Origin: Candidatus Bathyarchaeia archaeon
GTDB taxonomy: Archaea > Thermoproteota > Bathyarchaeia > Bathyarchaeales > Bathycorpusculaceae
DNA: 64,000 nucleotides
Reading direction: 5' to 3'
Assembly: GCA_049512935.1 (NCBI GenBank)
Contig: JBEKWR010000001.1
Location: forward strand, 1-64,000
Position 1 is the stretch's first letter, and each line of letters begins with the position of its first letter. Position numbers and translations under genes: made by a program. Positions 59,532 through 64,000 of this stretch are shown here, in pieces. The notes beneath the pieces were generated by a model. That model searched no databases and was not told the origin of the DNA. It was given only the letters and a program-made list of their open reading frames with translations.

Positions 59532-60587
59532 ATGTCTCTTCATGAAGCTATGCTCTACGAGCGGCAGGAAGAAGGCAAGGTGAAATGTTGCCTGTGCGCG
59601 CGCCGCTGCCAAATCAGCGATGGAGCCACAGGGTTCTGTCTGGTGCGGAAAAACCAGGCGGGCGTTCTTTACACGCTTAATTATGGGAAAGCCGTTTCGG
59701 CTGGCGTTGACCCGATCGGCAAGAAGCCACTGTCACACTTTAACCCGGGCGCGCTGGTGATGTCCGTGGCGGCGGCGGGCTGCAATTTCCGCTGCCAGTT
59801 CTGCGACAACTGGATGATAAGCCAAGACCACGAGGTCGCTGGCAGACCGTTTCCGCCTGAGGAAGTCGTGAAGTCTGCGTTGGACAGCCAGTGCCAAGGC
59901 GTAAGCTTCACCTACACGGAGCCAACGATCTTCATGGAGTACGCCTACGACACGGCGAAGCTGGCGCGTGAGGCAGGCTTGTTCACCACTTTCGTCACCA
60001 ACGGGTACATGACTCCCGAGGCGGTCAGGACCATAGCGCCGTTTCTTGACGCGGCAACCGTTGACTTCAAGGGCGGAGGCGACCCTGAATTCTACAAGTC
60101 AGTCATGGCTGTGCCCAACGTCGAGCACATCTACGAAACGCTAAAAGAACTCAAGCTAGGCGGCGTCCACATTGAAATCACCAATCTGGTTGTGCCGAAG
60201 ATGGGTGACTCCATGGACAGGATAAAGCAGATGGCAATCTGGATAAAGGATTATTTGGGGGCGGACACTCCGTTTCACCTGCTGCGGTTCCACCCAGACT
60301 ACAAGATAACCACGATTCCAGCCACACGGGTTGAAGAAATGGAGCGGGCGTACATGACCGCCAAAAACGAGGGGTTAAACTACGTTTACCTTGGCAACGT
60401 GCCTGGGCATGCGGCTGAGAACACGTATTGCCCGAACTGCGACACGGCGTTGATCAGGCGCGAAAGCTTCGACATAACCCAGTGGAACCTCACAGCGGAC
60501 ATGCACTGCCCCGTCTGCGGACAGGCAATCCCGATAAAAGGCAAACTGTACCAGAACAACCTGCGCTACCCGTACTCGCTGTTTTAG
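59532..60587 (+). CDS. amrS: AmmeMemoRadiSam radical SAM enzyme
   Basis: C.LCARRC, DPI.KKPL.HF.PG, GCNFRCQFCDNW, YTEP, YVYLGNVPG, CPNC. Confidence 0.93.
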   Translation: MSLHEAMLYERQEEGKVKCCLCARRCQISDGATGFCLVRKNQAGVLYTLNYGKAVSAGVDPIGKKPLSHFNPGALVMSVAAAGCNFRCQFCDNWMISQDHEVAGRPFPPEEVVKSALDSQCQGVSFTYTEPTIFMEYAYDTAKLAREAGLFTTFVTNGYMTPEAVRTIAPFLDAATVDFKGGGDPEFYKSVMAVPNVEHIYETLKELKLGGVHIEITNLVVPKMGDSMDRIKQMAIWIKDYLGADTPFHLLRFHPDYKITTIPATRVEEMERAYMTAKNEGLNYVYLGNVPGHAAENTYCPNCDTALIRRESFDITQWNLTADMHCPVCGQAIPIKGKLYQNNLRYPYSLF

Positions 60588-60692
60588 TCGCCGATGAATC
60601 TGCCAAGCCAACGTCCTATGCCGCAAGAAGCGGGGATGATGGATTAAGTCTTATTAGTGTAAACTGGACTGCATTAACTCAGTGCCCAGTCA

Positions 60693-61553
60693 ATGACTAA
60701 GTATTACGCGTTGGCGGTTGCAACCAGCTACTGGAAACCCGGCGAAGACTACACCGAAAAAATAATTCGCGCCCTGAACGGAAAAGTAAAAGACGGCGAT
60801 TTCGTCGTTGTTTCCGAGAAGGCAGTTTCAACCGCAAAAGGCAACATCGTGGACGAAGCCGCCATTAAGCCAGGCTTTAACGCGTGGTTTCTTGCGGGGT
60901 TCTGGATGCGTATCGTCTGGGGTTACCCGCTTGGGATTTTGTGCGGTTTCGGCGGCAGGCTCCTGCAGAGGCTGAGGCGGTACCCTTTGGATTCGGGCGG
61001 TCGGCACAAGCAGTTAGCTTTGGAGCGGGCGGGTTTTTTGCAGGCGCTCATGTTCGGTTCGGAAGGCGGCATCGACGGCTCCAACCTGCCCTTCTCGTAC
61101 GTGAGCCTGCCTCTGAAAAACGCGGGCGAAGCGGCGAGGGAAATTCAAGCGCAGATACATGCGAAGCTGCAGAGAAACGTCTGCGTAATCGTTGCCGACA
61201 CCGACAAAACCTACAGGTTCCGCAACTTCTTTTTCACGCCAAGACCCAAACCCATGAAGGGGATACACTCTTTCGGCGGCGCCGCAACGTACGTCGCAGG
61301 CAGGATGCTGAGCCTTAGGAAAAGTTCTACGCCGCTGGCCGTCGCAGGGTGCCGTCTTCAAGCCAGCGAAGCATTAACGATAACCAACATGGCTGACAGG
61401 GCGAGGGGTCCAGGCTCAGGCGCCACGGTCTGGGACATGGCCTCGAGGTTCCATGTGGATGTCAACGGCGTTAGCTGGGAGATGCTGGGTAAAATCACGC
61501 ATAAGCCGTTGGTCATAGTTAGGAGAGGCGCGGTGAAGAAGGTTAATAATTAG
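60693..61553 (+). CDS. CofE-like (F420-0:gamma-glutamyl ligase family) protein
   Basis: DGDFVVVSEKAVSTAKG, GGIDGSNLP, V.VIVADTD. Confidence 0.78.
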   Translation: MTKYYALAVATSYWKPGEDYTEKIIRALNGKVKDGDFVVVSEKAVSTAKGNIVDEAAIKPGFNAWFLAGFWMRIVWGYPLGILCGFGGRLLQRLRRYPLDSGGRHKQLALERAGFLQALMFGSEGGIDGSNLPFSYVSLPLKNAGEAAREIQAQIHAKLQRNVCVIVADTDKTYRFRNFFFTPRPKPMKGIHSFGGAATYVAGRMLSLRKSSTPLAVAGCRLQASEALTITNMADRARGPGSGATVWDMASRFHVDVNGVSWEMLGKITHKPLVIVRRGAVKKVNN

Positions 61554-61636
61554 GCGATGGGTTGTGTTGTAATGGAAAAACGCGTTTTCGAAGGGTAAGA
61601 GATAAAAATGGGACTCTGAAGGCTTAGGGTTAGCAG

Positions 61637-63151
61637 GTGAAAAGTGACATGGAAGAATCGCTAAAGAAGCTGGATGCGTTCTTTAACCCACGCTCCGTAG
61701 CCGTGATCGGCGCGACAAAAAAAATTGACAAAGCAGGCCACGTCATCTTCAAAAATTTCTCAACAAGCAAACTGCGCGGCGTCTACAAGGGAGAGCTCTA
61801 CCCAGTCAACCCAAATGAAGATTCAATCTTGGGCTTCAAGTGCTACAAGACCTTAACTGAGGTTCCCGGCGATGTCGATTTGATTATCATCATTATTCCA
61901 GCAGCAGCCGTTCTAGGCGTGATGGAGGAGGCAGCGGCTAAAAACGTGAAAGCCTGCATCATAATCACCGCTGGCTTCAAGGAAGTTGGAAACGTGGAGC
62001 TTGAAGAGCAAGTGGTCGCGATCGCCAAGAAAGGCGGAATACGCGTTTTAGGACCCAACTGCTTAGGGGTTTACTACTCGAAAACGGGCATCGACAGCCT
62101 TTTCCTTCCCGAAACCAAAACTCTCTCGACGGGCGACGAGGTTGTCGCGACGCCAAGGCCTATGCCTGGGAACATCGCGATGATTACGCAGAGCGGCGCC
62201 TTCGGCTCGGCAGCCCTGGACTACTTGACTGGCAGGCAGATGGGCGTCAGCAAATTCGTAAGCTTCGGCAACAAATGCGACGTGAACGAGTCAGACATAC
62301 TCTATTATCTGCTTCATGACGAAGAAACCCATGTGACGCTCATGTACTTGGAAGATGTCAAGGATGGGCGCGAATTCATGGAAATCGCCAAGAAAGTTAC
62401 CCTCAAAAAACCCGTCGTCGTAATAAAGACGGGAAGAAGCTCTGCAGGCGCACGCGCCGCAGCTTCGCACACGGGTGCCATCGCTGGGTCAGACAAGATC
62501 TACGACGCCGCCTTTGAGCAGACTGGGGTAATAAGGGCAAACGATATGGAGGAGTTTTTCGACATGGGAAAAGCCCTCGCTATGCAGCCGCCAGCTGTCG
62601 GCAGAAACATGGGTATTCTCACCGACGCGGGTGGACCGGGCGTCATGACCGTGGACGAATGCGAATTCCTCGGCTTAACAGTGAACAAATTCACGCCTGA
62701 CATACTTCAGGAGTTCCAGCAGCTTAAGGACACAAATCAAATCCTCAAAATCTCCGCGACGGCAAACCCCGTTGACCTCACCGGCTCCGTCACCGACGAC
62801 CAGTTCGTGATTTCAGCGGACCTTATGTTTCGGGATCCAGAAATCAACGGCATAATATTGCTTGGGCTCCATCACATGCCTGGGCTGCGTGAAAAGTACA
62901 TTGACGGCATCGTCATGATCGCGTCGAGGTACAACAAACCCATCGTTATGTGCGACATCGGCGAAACAGAAATGGCGCTCTACACCCGCTCCAGGTTCGA
63001 CAGGCTCAGCGTTCCATCGTATCCTTCGCCTGAGGCTGCTGCCCGAGCGATGAAGGCGCTGGTGACCTACGGCGAATACCTTGCGAAGTATGGCGCTGTA
63101 GACGAACGCATCGCTTTCATAAAAAAGAACTGCAATGCAGTCACACAGTAA
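61637..63151 (+). CDS. acdA: ADP-forming acetyl/acyl-CoA synthetase alpha subunit
   Basis: PRSVAVIGA, GPNCLG, QSGA, AAASHTGA, NPVDL. Confidence 0.9.
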   Translation: MKSDMEESLKKLDAFFNPRSVAVIGATKKIDKAGHVIFKNFSTSKLRGVYKGELYPVNPNEDSILGFKCYKTLTEVPGDVDLIIIIIPAAAVLGVMEEAAAKNVKACIIITAGFKEVGNVELEEQVVAIAKKGGIRVLGPNCLGVYYSKTGIDSLFLPETKTLSTGDEVVATPRPMPGNIAMITQSGAFGSAALDYLTGRQMGVSKFVSFGNKCDVNESDILYYLLHDEETHVTLMYLEDVKDGREFMEIAKKVTLKKPVVVIKTGRSSAGARAAASHTGAIAGSDKIYDAAFEQTGVIRANDMEEFFDMGKALAMQPPAVGRNMGILTDAGGPGVMTVDECEFLGLTVNKFTPDILQEFQQLKDTNQILKISATANPVDLTGSVTDDQFVISADLMFRDPEINGIILLGLHHMPGLREKYIDGIVMIASRYNKPIVMCDIGETEMALYTRSRFDRLSVPSYPSPEAAARAMKALVTYGEYLAKYGAVDERIAFIKKNCNAVTQ

Positions 63152-63527
63152 CCATGACGCCGACTTCGCTGCCGTCCCTCAACCCGAAGCGTTCCCGCAA
63201 ATTCACGGCGGCAACAACCTCCAATTCATCCTGAGGATAGCTTGGGATCTGCGGGATGATGAATGCGCAACTCAAGTTTTTTATTTTCGCCTTGATCAAA
63301 ATTCCCGTGCAGTAGCCTTCTTCAGGCTTAATCTCAAATTTCTCCGCTTCCTCTAGCAGCTTCTTCTTTTTGGCGCTTTCTTTTGTCAGGCGGATGTTTA
63401 GGGTTCCAGCGTAAGGTGTGAAACCGAGTTTTTCCTGTATCTGCCGCGTGACCCATGGCAGGCTGATGAATTTTCGTCCGTCGCCGTTGCCTGAAAAAAC
63501 CGTGCCCCTCAGGGTTAACTGCGGCAA
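63141..63527 (-). CDS. ribK: CTP-dependent riboflavin kinase (no HTH domain)
   Basis: G.VFSG.GDG..F, LGFTPY.GTLN, LEVVA...LRE. Confidence 0.9.
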   Translation of the reverse strand: MPQLTLRGTVFSGNGDGRKFISLPWVTRQIQEKLGFTPYAGTLNIRLTKESAKKKKLLEEAEKFEIKPEEGYCTGILIKAKIKNLSCAFIIPQIPSYPQDELEVVAAVNLRERFGLRDGSEVGVMVTV

Positions 63528-63548
63528 AAAACTGCCTTCAGCTTGGGC

Positions 63549-63929
63549 TTACTTCGGCTGTTCTTTTAGCCACTGCGCAACCTGCTTCAGAACGGGATCC
63601 GAGGAAATGTCCACGACTGGAACAATCATCTTCTCCTTCGTCTCGATGATCGGCATGTACTTCGGCATAAGCGCGTAGCCGACAAACGTCCAGTAGACCT
63701 TGCGGTTCTCCAGCAGCTCCCTCGCCACCGCCGTTGTTGAGGCGGGAAGCGGAAAATACAGGAAAACGACGCCTTCAACCCAGTACAGCCCTGCCAGTTT
63801 GCCGCCTGCGATGACGCTGGTGAAGCGGGCGATGTCTTCGGGCGTGTTGAAGTAGGTTTTCTCCATGACGACGATTTCTTTGAAAGGTGAATAGGAAATG
63901 CTTACTTCGGGTTTGCTCATAACACTCAT
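63549..63929 (-). CDS. Hypothetical protein
   Basis: 126-aa ORF with genome-like codon use, LYWVEGVVF; upstream of ribK. Confidence 0.75.
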   Translation of the reverse strand: MSVMSKPEVSISYSPFKEIVVMEKTYFNTPEDIARFTSVIAGGKLAGLYWVEGVVFLYFPLPASTTAVARELLENRKVYWTFVGYALMPKYMPIIETKEKMIVPVVDISSDPVLKQVAQWLKEQPK

Positions 63930-64000
63930 CTCTTGGCTGGGTAGCTACTGTGTCGGCGGTTCCCTTTTAATATTGCCTTAAACCTTTTTGCCGCGCGCCT

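Noticed and set aside
1-64000. Genome-wide stop-codon reassignment (Pyl or Sec)
   Set aside because: TAG and TGA end many conserved genes at their expected C-termini; only one in-frame TGA was noticed

Overview
Archaeal chromosomal segment. TFB, eS8, SRP19, aIF-1, SMC-ScpAB, the archaeal mevalonate genes and many Thr/Pro-stalked surface proteins suggest a TACK archaeon, most likely Bathyarchaeia (inference). The housekeeping backbone comprises crcB-DUF190 under a fluoride riboswitch, eno-rps2-MEMO, the modified mevalonate/isoprenoid cluster (mvk, UbiD-type decarboxylase, aconitase-X subunits, ipk, fni, GGPP synthase) followed by gltX, srp19, rps8e, smc-scpA-scpB, two ABC exporters, aIF-1, TFB, three tRNAs (Gln, Ile2, initiator Met), trxB, a rubredoxin-fused ThDP enzyme, a hisGDCBHAFI operon without hisE, amrS, a CofE-like gene, acdA and ribK. 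Five small toxin-antitoxin cassettes are interspersed. Main unexplained signals: (i) three TA cassettes are bordered by short diverged copies of essential genes (a 46-bp smc fragment with almost only synonymous changes, the tRNA-iMet 3' end, a tRNA-Thr-like 3' half) with no integrase in the window; (ii) a ~32-bp motif occurs in three intergenic regions, each beside a different local repeat array, including a strictly 10-bp-phased one; (iii) a repeat-containing, possibly structured leader precedes hisG. All calls come from reading the sequence by eye; no searches were run.
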